DNA of 64,000 bases from NCBI RefSeq assembly GCF_006345805.1, contig NC_043003.1:90644001-90708000 (forward strand). Reading direction: 5' to 3'. The stretch is from Octopus sinensis (lineage: Eukaryota). This document shows, one piece after another, positions 1 to 12,399 of this stretch (its first letter is position 1; the number at the start of each line of letters is the position of its first letter). Under the pieces are notes generated by a model. It worked only from the letters and a program-made list of their open reading frames with translations, was not told the DNA's origin and did no database searches. The position numbers and the translations under genes are program-made.

Positions 1-93
1 TGATCTAAAGTCTATTTTTCAGCATACTGGCATAGAGTTTTTTTTCTTTTGCCCTTATTTATAATTGTATATATATATATTATATATATATAT

Positions 94-126
<33 letters not shown>

Positions 127-283
127 CAGCTTTCTTTCAGTTTCTGTCTACCAAATCTACTCACAAAGCTTTGGTTTGCCCAAGGCTATAGTGGAAGACA
201 TTTACCCAAGGTTCCATGTTGTGGGACAGAACCCAGAATCATGTGGTTGAGAAGCAAGCTTCTTATCACACAGCCTGTGTATC
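127..283 (-). mobile_element. tRNA-derived SINE (common octopus-type family)
   Basis: Reverse complement reads ...gtgtgataagaagcttgcttctcaaccacatgattctgggttctgtcccac..., with a B-box-like GGTTC motif. Related copies occur near 3757-3860, 10650-10790, 15452-15600, 18620-18775, 28075-28210, 46660-46830 and 62250-62405. Confidence 0.65.
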
Positions 284-1439
284 CTGGTTTTAGAATAGTC
301 CTACTATTTCCCTACATGTTGTATACAATGACCAAAAGAGTTGGTGTCAGGAAGCATATCCAGCTGGGAAATACAGTCTCAGAAAAACTATTCAACCCAT
401 GGTAGAGGGGATGTGATATGTTGATTTAGGCATGGTCATTCAAAGTGCTAGAAATACTAGCCAAATTCTCTCACATTACTTCCTTCTAAGTTTTGAAAAA
501 CGAAGGATACAGTGGATAATGTTCTTTAAATAATCTTTAAAAGACAGGTTGGTCATTTATATGCACATGCATACGTATATGTGTGTTGTGTCTCCTTGTG
601 AATATGTGTCAATATGTATAATATGTTGTGTGTATTTGTGTATAAACTTTCTTTGTGTGTGAGGAACGCTTAAACAGTTGAAGCTGCTGAATTTGTTCAA
701 CTTTATAGGATTTGCTTTCTAAATCATTTGATACAGGCTTTAAATTATTTGACAAAGACTAGAATTGTTCCCTTTATTTTGTTTATTTGATAGTACATTC
801 TGCTGACTTCTTTGTCTCATAATGCTTGACTAATACTTATTTATATTCTTAAATCCTGATGATCAAATTAATTTTCTCCTTTTTCCCATTGGTAATACTA
901 TATGTCATCAATATATACTTAATACATTATATGTAATTATATTTATTCCACTATTAATTAATCTACCTCGTATATTTCACTATATTCCACTATTACTTTT
1001 TATATTCAACTTACTGGCCAGTAATCAACTACAACCTATTTGCTTATTACATTGCATGTATGTATTTCTTGATTTAAGCAAAGTGAAAAACAAAAGTAAT
1101 TGAAATTTCAGAAGGCCAAAATCTGTTGGTGCCTCCTCATACCTATATAGGAAATGTTGTTCTTCAGGAACTTTTACAGAAAATGTCAATAATAATGCAT
1201 ATTACGTACATACATTTGTAGCTTTTGCACAACGTATCAAATATGTTGTAAATGCACAACTTTTGAATAAACTAAGCCTGCTGTTCCTTGAAAACCTTTA
1301 GTAAATGTATGTCACCTGTTTGTAAGATTGTATGCCCTTGTATAAATATGCATATATATTGGTAGTTTTGAGTACATATATGTGAAATTAGGTAGAGCAT
1401 TTAATTGGTCAAACAGAATAATAGGTTCAAATTTTTGCA

Positions 1440-1635
1440 CAAGACCAGTAATTTTGGGGGAGGGGATAAGTCAATTACATTGACCCCAGTGCTTAACTGA
1501 TACTTATTTTAATGACCCTGAAAGGATCAAAGGCAAAGTCGACCTCAGTGGAATTTGAACTCCAAATGTGAGGACAGATGAAATGCTGCTAAACATTTTG
1601 CCTGGATTGCAAACAATTCCGCCGGCTCACCACCA
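1440..1635 (-). mobile_element. SINE with Meta-domain-like core
   Basis: Reverse complement contains gaggtcgactttgcctttgatcctttcagggtc...aagtatcag. It is homologous to the cleaner copy at 63367-63585. Confidence 0.6.
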
Positions 1636-1639
1636 AATC

Positions 1640-1795
1640 TTGTTCTTGTACTTTTTCTTGTTCTTCTCCTACTGGTTGTTGTTATTTTTGTTGTTGTTCT
1701 TCTTCTTGTTCTTATCCAATTTCTTCTGATTCTTTTTGACCCAATTCTAGTTTTTTTCTTTTGATTTCTTTGTTCACATTCTTTCCTTCTTTTGC

Positions 1796-1827
<32 letters not shown>

Positions 1828-1905
1828 ATGATAATACTGCTACTACTACTGCTGCTGCCACTGCTGCCATGACTACTTCTGTTGCTGTTACTACTACTAG
1901 TTGAA
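1640..1905. repeat. Composite trinucleotide microsatellite (CTT/GTT/CTG/GAT/CTA)
   Basis: Directly visible; it explains the S/I/R/T-rich ORF 1545-1952. Confidence 0.9.
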
Positions 1906-2409
1906 CTAGTTACATTTAAGATAGCTGAGTTCCCTATGGGTTCTTTTGTCACCTTTGAAACTTTCAGTTTCTAAATGCTGGCTTTTAGAGATCACACAGT
2001 TACCATGTTGAATGCCCTCAATAGTTTTGCATGTAAAACCATTTGGTGAAGAAAAGTTAAATGGATCCTAGCTAAATGAAAGCATTGGGATGTTTTGGTG
2101 GCAGATATGAAAATGTGTTTCAGTGACTTCTTAGTCTTTAATTTCTTTAAACCATTGATGCTTTGGCTATAGTGGTACGTTACCTTCAATAGTAACCATT
2201 TCCTTCTAGTATTATTCCTGCTTAAAATGAGTGTATGTGTGTATGTTGTTATATATAACCTGAGCAGCCATGAAACCTGTTCTGGGGCCTTCTTTCATAC
2301 TCTAACTTTTCATCATCTAGCATAAAGCTGCCACCCTTTCAATTGTAGTCTTAGTCTGAAGGTAATTTAGTCTTGTTGTAGTCTTAGTCTGTGGGTAATT
2401 TAGACTAAA

Positions 2410-2615
2410 TTACCCTCATGGCAACCTCACGACTGTTGGTGCCATGGGAAATGCACCCAATATACTCTGTAAAGTGGTTGGCATTAGGAAGGGCATCCAG
2501 CTATAGACGCCATGCCACAGCAGACATTGGAGTGTGATGTCGTCTTTGGACCTAATGTACTCTCACCTAACCCATGCAAGTATGGAAAAGTAGATGTTAA
2601 AACAATAATGATTAT
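2410..2615 (+). mobile_element. RTE LINE 3' tail fragment
   Basis: Carries the gtggttggcattaggaagggcatccagct ... aacccatgcaagtatggaaaagtagatgttaa signature shared with the 3' ends of RTE copies in this window. Confidence 0.65.
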
Positions 2616-3406
2616 ATATATATATATATATATAAATGTACACACAGACACACGTGTATGTGTGTATCTCTCTCTCTCTGAGCATGTGTGTATATATTAA
2701 CATGTAATAAAAAATGTTGAACAAAAATGCCATTAACGTTTCTACCTTTACGCATAGACCAACTTGCCCCATTCTATAAAAGACTGATAAAATAAGCATC
2801 AAAGGCCTGGAGTTATTATAAATGACAAATCCTTTGAATGTGATGTTCCACAGTCTAATGAGTTAAACCATTCAAAAGAATAAAATTTTTTAAATAATAC
2901 ATGTAACAGATGTAGATATTTTACATTTTTACTATGCATATCTATTGTATATTTATCATACTGGAGTTATAAATATGGTCATTACTTCAGTAATATAAGC
3001 AATATGCAATTTTAAGTCTCTGAACATATAGCTTATAACACACACACACATGTGTGCACAGACACATAAAATCATACATAGCTTGTTGGTGTAGGTAATA
3101 CATGCAGGAAACATCAGTGGATGCTTGTACAGGAAAATATTTCTTTTTTTTTACTTTCAATGGAAATTTTATCTCTTTACAGACATTTTCACTGCTGAGC
3201 ACTTTAGCATTTATGAACACAGACAGATTTTCATATCAAATAAAACCTGTTTCTAAGTAAGCAAGCAAGCAACTTGCTTTATGTAATGAATCTATATATA
3301 CAACATACAAAGAAGAAATACAATATATTTTTGGAGATAGTAAAATATATAAAAATAATTATCTCGACAGATGATTAGGTAGATTAATCACTTTGTAAAC
3401 TAATGG

Positions 3407-3442
<36 letters not shown>

Positions 3443-3704
3443 TTATAATAATAATCATCATCATTGTTTTAACTTCCACTTTTCCATACTTGTATGGGTT
3501 AGACAGAGTTTCTTGTGTCAGATGGATGTTCTTCTTGTCACTGACTTTCATCCATTTCCAAGAACACTAATATAAATTTCATTTTATGGTCAGAGAGAGA
3601 TTTTCATGTAAGTTTTGGAATGAAGGACTTCAGTTACATGATGGTGACACTTATTTCAACTATCATGGGATGTTGAAACAAGACCCCTATCCCTACATCT
3701 CCAT

Positions 3705-3758
<54 letters not shown>

Positions 3759-3994
3759 GATTCTTTCAGTTTCTGACCACCAAATCCACTAACAAGGCTT
3801 TGGCCAACTCAGATCTGAAGTAGAAAACTTACCTAAGGTACCATGTATTAGGATTATTAGGATTAAATCCATCCATCTGTCCACCTATCCAGCCATCCAT
3901 ACGCCCATACATACATACATACATACATACATACATACATACATACATACATACATACATACATACATACATACATACATGCATACATACATAC

Positions 3995-4039
<45 letters not shown>

Positions 4040-4089
4040 TATATATATAGATAGATATATATAGATATATAGATATATATATATATATA

Positions 4090-5225
4090 CAAAGGGCCTC
4101 TCGCTCAGAGTAAAAAGTAGACTGTATGACGCTTATGTACAAACAGCCATACTACATGGCAGTGAAACATGGGCTGTGACTGCTGAGGATATGCGTAAGC
4201 TCGCGAGGAATGAAGCCAGTATGATCCGATGGATGTGTAATGTCAGTGTGCATACTCGACAGAGTGTAAGTACCTTGAGAGAAAGGTGGGACCTAAGAAG
4301 CATCAGATGTGGTGTGCAAGAGAGACGACTGCGCTGGTATGGTCATGTGGCAAGAATGGACTAGGACAGCTGTGTGAAAAAGTGCCACACCCTAGCAGTT
4401 GAGAGAACCTGTGGAAGAGGTAGACCCAGGAAGACCTGGGATGAAGTGGTGAAGCACGACCATCAAACTTTAGGCCTCACCAAGGCAATGACTAGTGGCC
4501 GAGACCTTTGGAAATATGCCGTGTGTGAGAAGACCAGGCAAGCCAAATGAAACCATAATCTCATGGCCTATGCCAGGGGTGTAACCAGCCCGCTTATGCG
4601 TACCTTTTCATCCTTTGGACACTAAAACTCTGCTAGCGAAGACCTGTTGAGGCAAGTGAAATCAATCAATCAATCAAAAGCAAAATCAAATTCGATGACT
4701 GGCGTCCATGTTAGCAGGGTGCAAAGAGCACCGTACGAGCGTGATTATTGACAGAGCAGCTAACCGGCTTCCATGCCAGTGGCACTTAAAGGGCACCATT
4801 CGAGTGTGATCGTTACCAGCGTCGCCTTACTGGCACTTGTGCCCGTGATAGTAGTGTGCCAAGAGCACCATCCGAGTGTGATCATTGCCAGAGCAGCCAA
4901 CTGGCTTCCATTCCAGTTGCACGTAAACATTCGAGCATGTTCGTTACCAAAGTCGCCTTCTGGCACCTGTGCTTGTGGCATGTATAAAAGGATTCGAGCA
5001 AGGTCGTTGCTAGTACCGCCTGACTGGCCCCCATGCCGGTGGCCTGTAAAAAGCACCCACTACACTCTCGGAGTTGTTGGCATTAGGAAAGGCATCCAGC
5101 TGTAGAAACTCTACCAAATCAAGACTGGAGCCTGGTGCAGCCATCTGGTTCGCCAGCCCTCAGTCAAAATCGTCCAACCCATGCTAGCATGGAAAGCAGA
5201 CGTTAAACGATGATGATGATGATGA
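4090..5225 (+). mobile_element. 5'-truncated RTE-clade LINE (RT C-terminal region plus 3' UTR with (GAT)n tail)
   Basis: Translation gives TAEDMRKLARNEASMIRWMCNVS...RLRWYGHVARMD and RGRPRKTWDEVVK, typical of the RTE C-terminus. It ends in gatgatgatgat. Confidence 0.85.
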
Positions 5226-5261
5226 TATATATATATACATACATACATATAAATATAACAT

Positions 5262-5638
5262 TTGCAGCATAGAAGGTGTTTATAAGCCATTTGAGAAACA
5301 CACAAAAACCGTTAGATTCACTTCAACATTTAAATTTAATTTGTGTCAAAATATTTTCATCGCTTTGAAACCGCAACCTGTTCATTGACAAAATTCCGTG
5401 CTGCATGTTGTAGGTGAGAGTACATTGGGTCCAAGTACGACATCACACTCCAATGTCTGCTGTGGCATGGCGTCTATAGCTGGATGCCCTTCCTAATACC
5501 AACCACTTTACAGAATATATTGGGTACATTTCCCATGGCACCAACAGTTGTGAAGTTGCCATAAATTTAAATGTTGAAGTGAATCTAACAGTTTTTGTGT
5601 GTTTCTTAAATGGCTTATAAACACCTTCTACGCTGCAA
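5262..5638. mobile_element. Foldback element with ~78-bp inverted arms (5262-5340 / 5561-5638)
   Basis: ttgcagcatagaaggtgtttataagccattt...aacatttaaattt is mirrored by aaatttaaatgtt...aaatggcttataaacaccttctacgctgcaa. Confidence 0.85.
5343..5390 (-). ncRNA. Degenerate minimal hammerhead-like motif (core AUGAACA)
   Basis: Minus strand: UGUCA AUGAACA G GUUGC-loop-GCGAU GAAA AUA UUU UGACA. Stem I is a perfect 5 bp, stem II has G.U pairs, and stem III is palindromic (AAAAUAUUUU). Confidence 0.4.
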
Positions 5639-5689
5639 TTGTTTTCGTTCCAGCACACGATCTCAGATTAGGTCATTTGCTATGCAAGT

Positions 5690-6049
5690 ACATCTCTCGT
5701 GGATATTGCCAGCCTGCCCTGGCATTTGTGCCGGTGGCACATAAAAAACACCATCTGTACGTGGCCAATGCCAGCACCACCTTGACTGGCTTCCGTGTCT
5801 GTGGCACGTAAAAACCACCAACCAATCGTGGCTGTTGCCAGCCTCCCCTGGCACCTGTGCTGGTGGCACATAAAAAACACCAACTACACTCACGGAGTGG
5901 TTGGTGCTAGAAAGGACATCCAACTGTAGAAACACTGCCTGATCACTGCCTGTTGCAGCCTCCTGGCTTCCCAGACCCCGGTCGAACAGTCCAACCCATG
6001 CTAGCATGGAAAAAGGCCGTTAAACGATGATGATGATGATGATGATGAT

Positions 6050-6050
<1 letters not shown>
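5690..6050 (+). mobile_element. RTE LINE 3' UTR fragment with internal ~65-bp repeats
   Basis: Same tail as 4090-5225; ends in (GAT)n. Confidence 0.75.
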
Positions 6051-6093
<43 letters not shown>

Positions 6094-6176
6094 TATTAGA
6101 GACAAAACCACTATTTTGCAAAACAAACAAGGAACTTAATCAATACATAAAATTTTAATAATAGTCAAAAAAACCG

Positions 6177-6219
6177 CCACTACAATCGTTTCTTGTCTTG
6201 ATCGACAATCTTCAGGTGG
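6177..6219 (-). ncRNA. Minimal type I hammerhead ribozyme (left arm of palindrome)
   Basis: Minus strand: CCAC CUGAAGA UUGUC GAUCAA GACAA GAAAC GAUU GUA GUGG. Confidence 0.8.
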
Positions 6220-6264
6220 ACTTCCAATAAGTCAGTTTCAAATTGAAACTGACTTATTGGAAGT

Positions 6265-6307
6265 CCACCTGAAGATTGTCGATCAAGACAAGAAACGATT
6301 GTAGTGG
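6265..6307 (+). ncRNA. Minimal type I hammerhead ribozyme (right arm of palindrome)
   Basis: CCAC-CUGAAGA-stem II UUGUC/GACAA-GAAAC-GAUU-GUA^GUGG. The core is intact, stem I is 4 bp, and predicted cleavage is after 6303. Confidence 0.8.
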
Positions 6308-6618
6308 CGGTTTTTTTTTGACTATTTATTAAAATTTTATGTATTGATTAAGTCTTTCCTTGTTTGTTTTGCAAAATAGTGGTTTTGTCTCTAATAATAT
6401 TTTATAATATTTTACTATAAAATTGGATTTAATCCTAAATCTGATTTTTTTTCCCTGTAAATTTGGATTTATTCCCTAATATTTATTATTATATATATAT
6501 ATATATATATATATGATGTATGTGTGTGTGTGTTTGTGTGTATGTATGTATGTATGTATGTATATCTGTGTGTGTATGTATGTATATGTATATATGTGTG
6601 TGTGTATATATATATGTA

Positions 6619-6662
<44 letters not shown>

Positions 6663-6676
6663 CACACACACAGACA

Positions 6677-7561
6677 CAGGGTGCAGTGAATAAACTGTCG
6701 TCTAAATTATGCAAAAATGAAAATCACACTGACATCTCATTTTAACAGATATATTTACTAAAATTACATAAAATATCTTGAAATACTAAAGAGTAAATTT
6801 ATTCAATAAAATCGCCATTGGCTTCAACCATGGCCTCCAGACGACTTCAGATTCTGCTGCAACTCTTCTGGACAGACTCCTTGTTGTTTAAGTTGGTGAA
6901 TGCTGTCATAGTCCTTGCCTTCAGTTTGTCTTTGGTGTTACAAGGAGTTTTGTTGGTCTCTCACTCAACTGCACCCCACACAAAATAATCAAGGGGGTTG
7001 CAGTCTGAGGAGTTAGGTGGCCAGATGTTAAGAGTGATGTGGTCGCAGAAATTGTCTGACAGCCATGACGGGTTCTCCAGCTTGCGTGGCATGGTGTAGA
7101 ATCCTGTTGCCAGACATAAGGTCTTCCAGCAGCCACCCTCTTGACTGAGAGCAGCGCTACCTCCTCCAGGCTCTTGATGTAGGCCTCTATGTTGAGTCTG
7201 AGGCTGTGTGGGAATATGTATGGAGGGATAACGTCACCATCACTAGTAATCACTCCAAACACCATAATGTTGACTGAATGTTTGATTTTCATCACTCTCA
7301 GTACATGTCCTAAGATTGCACTGTTCTCAGATTGACGTCCAAATACTCTGAAATATTCATATTTCAGCTTCCGACATGAATACCAAGTAGTACAGCATGT
7401 CATTTCTAAATTTCTGGCAGAGTAAATTGCATCATAGTGCTGTTTTTCTCACAGACAGTGTCCAACTGACCCTACTATACTGTGTAGTTAACAAAATCAA
7501 AAACAATGTTATGCACAAATTTAAAACTATAATATGGCGACAATTTACTCATCGCACCCTG
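6677..7561 (-). mobile_element. Internally deleted mariner-group DNA transposon (DD37D/maT-like)
   Basis: TIRs are cagggtgcagtgaataaactgtcg and cgacaatttactcatcgcaccctg. Minus-strand translation gives IMVFGVITSDG, YVWQQDSTPCH and, after a frameshift, SPDCNPLDYFVWG. Confidence 0.85.
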
Positions 7562-7643
7562 TGTATATATATGTATGTATGTATGCGTATGCATGCATAT
7601 ATATATATGTGTGTGTATATATATATGTATGTATATAAATATG

Positions 7644-7704
<61 letters not shown>

Positions 7705-7767
7705 CTATATGTATGCATATGTATATGTATATATATGTGTATATATATGTATATATATATGTGTGTA

Positions 7768-7802
<35 letters not shown>

Positions 7803-7963
7803 TTATATTTAAATAATGAGGGAGATAAATTTAATATTAATTTAATTAATATCAATTTAAAACCAGCATACGGCCGACTACCTAGTGGTCTTGCCCTTTG
7901 AATATACATATATATATTTATATGTATCTGTAAAATAATATGTGACAATTATTCAATAGCCAA

Positions 7964-8024
7964 GATAAAACTCTGAGTTTCGGATGCCGAAGTGGAAATC
8001 CACAATACCATCTCTTCCGTTATC
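7964..8024 (-). ncRNA. Degenerate type I hammerhead (core CGGAAGA)
   Basis: Minus strand: GAUAA CGGAAGA GAUG...CAUC C GAAAC UCAGA GUU UUAUC. Stem I is a perfect 5 bp. Confidence 0.6.
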
Positions 8025-8037
8025 TGGCCATCTGAAA

Positions 8038-8098
8038 GATAACCGAAGCGATGGTGTTGTGGATTTCCACCTCGGCATCCGAAACTCAGCGTTTTATC
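8038..8098 (+). ncRNA. Degenerate type I hammerhead (core CCGAAGC)
   Basis: GAUAA CCGAAGC GAUG...CAUC C GAAAC UCAGC GUU UUAUC. Confidence 0.5.
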
Positions 8099-8236
8099 TT
8101 GGCTACCGAATAATTGTCTCATATTATTTTACAGATAAATTTCCTTTATTTACATAATATTGAGATCTCTTTCTTTCTTTTGTTACCTTACCATTTTTAC
8201 CAATATATTTATATGTATATACATACATGCATATAT

Positions 8237-8268
<32 letters not shown>

Positions 8269-10386
8269 GTACCCACACACATGCTTGCATACACATGCAG
8301 AAACATAGTTGCATATACATATCTAAAATATATTTATACATGCACACACAAATGCATGTGTGTACGTGATTTACTTTTGAAACAACATTCAACTGATGCT
8401 TAAAATGTTAGATCTGAAACATTTTTGTGTAGTTCACTCCCATAAAAATGTTCTTGTATAAATGTAGGAGAAACTGATGTTTAATAAACAGTTCACTTGA
8501 GTTGACAGCTGAATGAATGGCAACAAGGCACTCAGAATAATGACATTTTAAGTTATTCAGGTTAAATCTATATTAAATAATGCTCTCATTTATCCTTCTT
8601 GTTAATATTTCTTGATAACTGTATGCAGATCATTGTCATTATCAACATCATCATTTAATATCTGACTTCCATGTTGGCATGGGTTAGACAGTTTGACAGA
8701 AATCATTGAGCCAGAGCACTGCATTGAGCTCCAGTGTCTACTTTAGCGTGGTTTCTACAACTGGTTAGTCTTCCTAACACCAACTACTTTACAGAGTGTA
8801 CTGTTTTTTTTTTTTTATAATAATGGATCTACTGATGTCATTGAGTAACTTGCAAGACAAGGCCGTTTGTCTGCTTAGGAGGATAATGGAAAAGGAGGTG
8901 ACTTTATGCCAGATGTTGAGAAGCTAAAGTATGATAGAGAGACAAGAGCTGGTGTCTTGCTGTAGAGAAGATACATTGCTCTCCTTGCTGGAAAAAGAGA
9001 AAAGATGGTGGGGATGAGATGTCAGGGTGTACCCTCAAAGTATAAGAAGAAGGATAAAGTGAGAATAAGAACACAGAATCAAGGATGGCTGGTGAGCAGG
9101 TTTGTGACAGTGTGAAAGTGAGTGTCAGGTACTTAGGGATGAGGATAGAGGTGAACATGATAAATGGTGAACAGGGCTGGAGTAGAGCCAATGGTGAATT
9201 TATGTTGGGTTGTGTGAGTGAAGGAAATAGGAGTAGGTTAGGGAGGAGTATGTGACGGAGGGCAGTACATAAAGAGGGGGAAGTGGAGCAATAGAATAAT
9301 AGAATAATAATACTGTGTAAAGATAAGAAATAGGGACATGATGTGAAATGAAGGGGAGAGAGAAGGATGTACGGTGCCAGAGATTGGAGTCAGAAGTACG
9401 TAGGGGTGGTTACAGTGAATGACAAAGTTAGGTGATATCAATTATATGAGAGGGTGTTCAGAGGAAAGGGGTAAACTGTAGAAAATAAAGTATTGAGAGA
9501 TGATGTTGAGAATGCTTGATGGACATCAAGGGAAGTGGTTCCAAGGAGAAGGATAACTGGTAGCACAAAATGGGTGACTTGTCTCATGATAGGCTTTGAC
9601 TACTGGGTTTGTTGCAAAAAGTGCAAACTACATCCTCTCCAGTTCCACCATGAAAGTACATTATTTATGCAATGTGGTGAATATTTCATCCATATTGTCC
9701 AATTTATCTTATTCAAATGTCACCCAAGGCTTGTCACCCCTTCTCTTCCCTCATTCCATGTCATACTGCTGTCTAAAATATCGAGTTCACAGTAAAAGCA
9801 CAGCTCATCCCTTGCAACTCCCTCCAGCTGAGCATCCCTAATCTTGCAGGCTCATAAGTTCTGGTGCCACATAAAAAAGCTCCCACACCAGTGCTGCATA
9901 AAAGCACTATGTAAAGTGGTTGGCATTAGGAAGGGCATCCACCAGCAGAAACCATGCCAAAACAGACATGGAACCTGAACAGCCCTTCTGTGAAACCGTC
10001 CAACCCATGCCAGCATGGAAAATGGATGTTAAATGATGTTGATGATAATGATGATCACATAATAACATTAGTACACAAATTTTTCTTTACTTCAACTGGT
10101 TCTGCCTTATTGAACATTATCCTGAAAGAAACCTGTTGAGTATATATGTGGGTATTAGCGTACTTGTCTTGGATATCACTTGATCATTGTAAAGGAGTGT
10201 TACTGTCACACAAATAGCGTCTTTTATTTCCAATATTTTGCAAAAACATGTCTAGCCATGAGGAAATATTATGTTGTTTGGAAACAGGTGAGGATTGGTC
10301 AGAAGAAGGGCATCCAGCTATTTAAAATCTGCCTCAATAAACTCCATCTGTCCCATGCAAGCAAGGAGAATCATATGTTAAAAAGA

Positions 10387-10418
<32 letters not shown>

Positions 10419-11164
10419 ATGATGGTGATGATGAGGATGATGATGATAGGAATTTTAACTTATTCATCGTCTCAATTTCCCAACCTCTTATCCACCAGTA
10501 CTATAGTTAGACACCAATTCAATGAATCACAAAAATATGTAAAATGTTACAGCAGCCTCCTTACATTTGTTTATGTAATCTGACAACTGTCTGCCAGTTA
10601 GCAACAGGTTACGATAAACTAAGTTTCATTTTCAAGCAACAGGTAGGTGTCGATATGACCATATGATTTAAAAGTTTGCTTTCCAACCACATTGCTTTCA
10701 GGTTCAATCCTACAGCCTAGCATCTTCCACTATAGTTCTGTGCTAAGCCTCATGAATGGGATTTAGTAGATGGTGACTACCAAATCTATTTTCAATGACA
10801 CACACACACACATTCATATTTATGCTTGTATGTGGAAGGGTAGGTGTGGGTTTGTTTGTATCTCCTCATCTTGACATTATATGATGTTGTAAACAAGCCT
10901 CACCATCATACAAGTGGTGTTGCTTGTTTCCAGTCTTCTGTGGAAAATATGTCAGGTCAAAGAGAAATATGACCATGCTTGGAAAGAAGTGAGGTTTGGT
11001 AACAGGAAAGGCATTCCACCATAGAAAATCTGCCTGAACAAATTTCATCTGACCAATACAAGCATGGAGAAATGAACTTTAAAATAGTAATGTTGATGGT
11101 TGTGGTTATGATGATGATAATGCTGAATTCAAACCACTACCTTGCTTTGATAATTTTTTTTCAG

Positions 11165-11257
11165 TGCATCACCCTGCAACAAAATGGTATCATATGACTG
11201 AGGCAGAATATAATGGCTTTGTTGAAAGATGGACTAAAACATTTCCAAGAGTCATAG
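11165..11257 (+). CDS. Candidate internal exon of an unidentified host gene (93 nt, phase 1-1): xHHPATKWYHMTEAEYNGFVERWTKTFPRVI
   Basis: Strong acceptor (tttttttcag), a donor (tag|gtact), length divisible by 3, an open protein-like frame, and unique non-repetitive sequence. Confidence 0.6.
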
Positions 11258-11300
11258 GTACTGTGTTGTTTTTTGATTTTGTAATATAATAATTAGAAAC

Positions 11301-11394
<94 letters not shown>

Positions 11395-11442
11395 GTATAT
11401 ATATATGTATATATAAATCGAAGTGTACAGTATTATATATCA

Positions 11443-11528
<86 letters not shown>

Positions 11529-11535
11529 ATGTATG

Positions 11536-11569
<34 letters not shown>

Positions 11570-12310
11570 TGTATGTATGTATGAATGTGTGTATGTATAT
11601 TTTGTGTCTAGGGAGAGTCATTTTGCCAATATTAATAACACATGCACCTGTTCACTTCCTCTCCTTTATTATTAGTAAATTGGTTAACTCCCTATCCCAC
11701 TAACTAATCAATCATTTGTTTAACTTGCTGGTTAAACAGGCAATCATTTTCTTTTTATGTTCGTCAAAGTTGTTTTGTCACCAACCATAGCCTTTTCAGT
11801 GACTATCTCTTTGACGACCAAAACAAAAAAAATGATTGATTGGTTGGATAAATGTTTAACTAATTAACTGATGATAAAGGAGTTGTATTGAACTGGTGCA
11901 TGTGTTATTACTGGTGTAATGACTCTCCATAGATACAGCTAAATTTGTTTCAACACATGAATTCACATAAAGAATCTTGCAAACCAAATGCAATTTCAAT
12001 GTGTGTGTGTGTGTGTATGTATATATGTGAGGTGTGTTGTGGATTTATGGAAAGAAATCCCATAAAAACTCAACAATTTTGATAAAAATGGAGAAAAGAC
12101 GATGTTAAAAAATATAAGAGTATTTTTTAAAATATAACAATTTTATCAAAATTGTTGAGTTTTATGGGATTTCTTTCCATATGCAAGTATTACTTTCGTA
12201 TTCGTAATTTTATGCGAATAAGCTACCAGCAAAATATGAAGAATCTATATTAGAAATATTTTTGTTTGGAAAACTCCAAATTAAAGGACAAATCTAATTC
12301 AACCTTTTTA

Positions 12311-12377
<67 letters not shown>

Positions 12378-12399
12378 CCTCATACACGCACACATAAGT

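Larger units (their letters stand above)
6084..6406. repeat. Near-perfect ~320-bp palindrome centred at 6242
   Basis: The arms are reverse complements, e.g. aaaccgccactacaatcgtttcttgtcttgatcgacaatcttcaggtggacttccaataagtcagtttca versus its mirror at 6244-6313. The loop is only 3 nt. Confidence 0.97.
7925..8137. repeat. ~210-bp palindromic element with a degenerate hammerhead in each arm
   Basis: The arms are tatctgtaaaataatatgtgacaattattc... and ...gaataattgtctcatattattttacagata, with a 13-nt central loop. Confidence 0.9.

Noticed and set aside
9200-9830. PLE remnant
   Set aside because: The composition is suggestive, but I could not recover a convincing RT or GIY-YIG motif.
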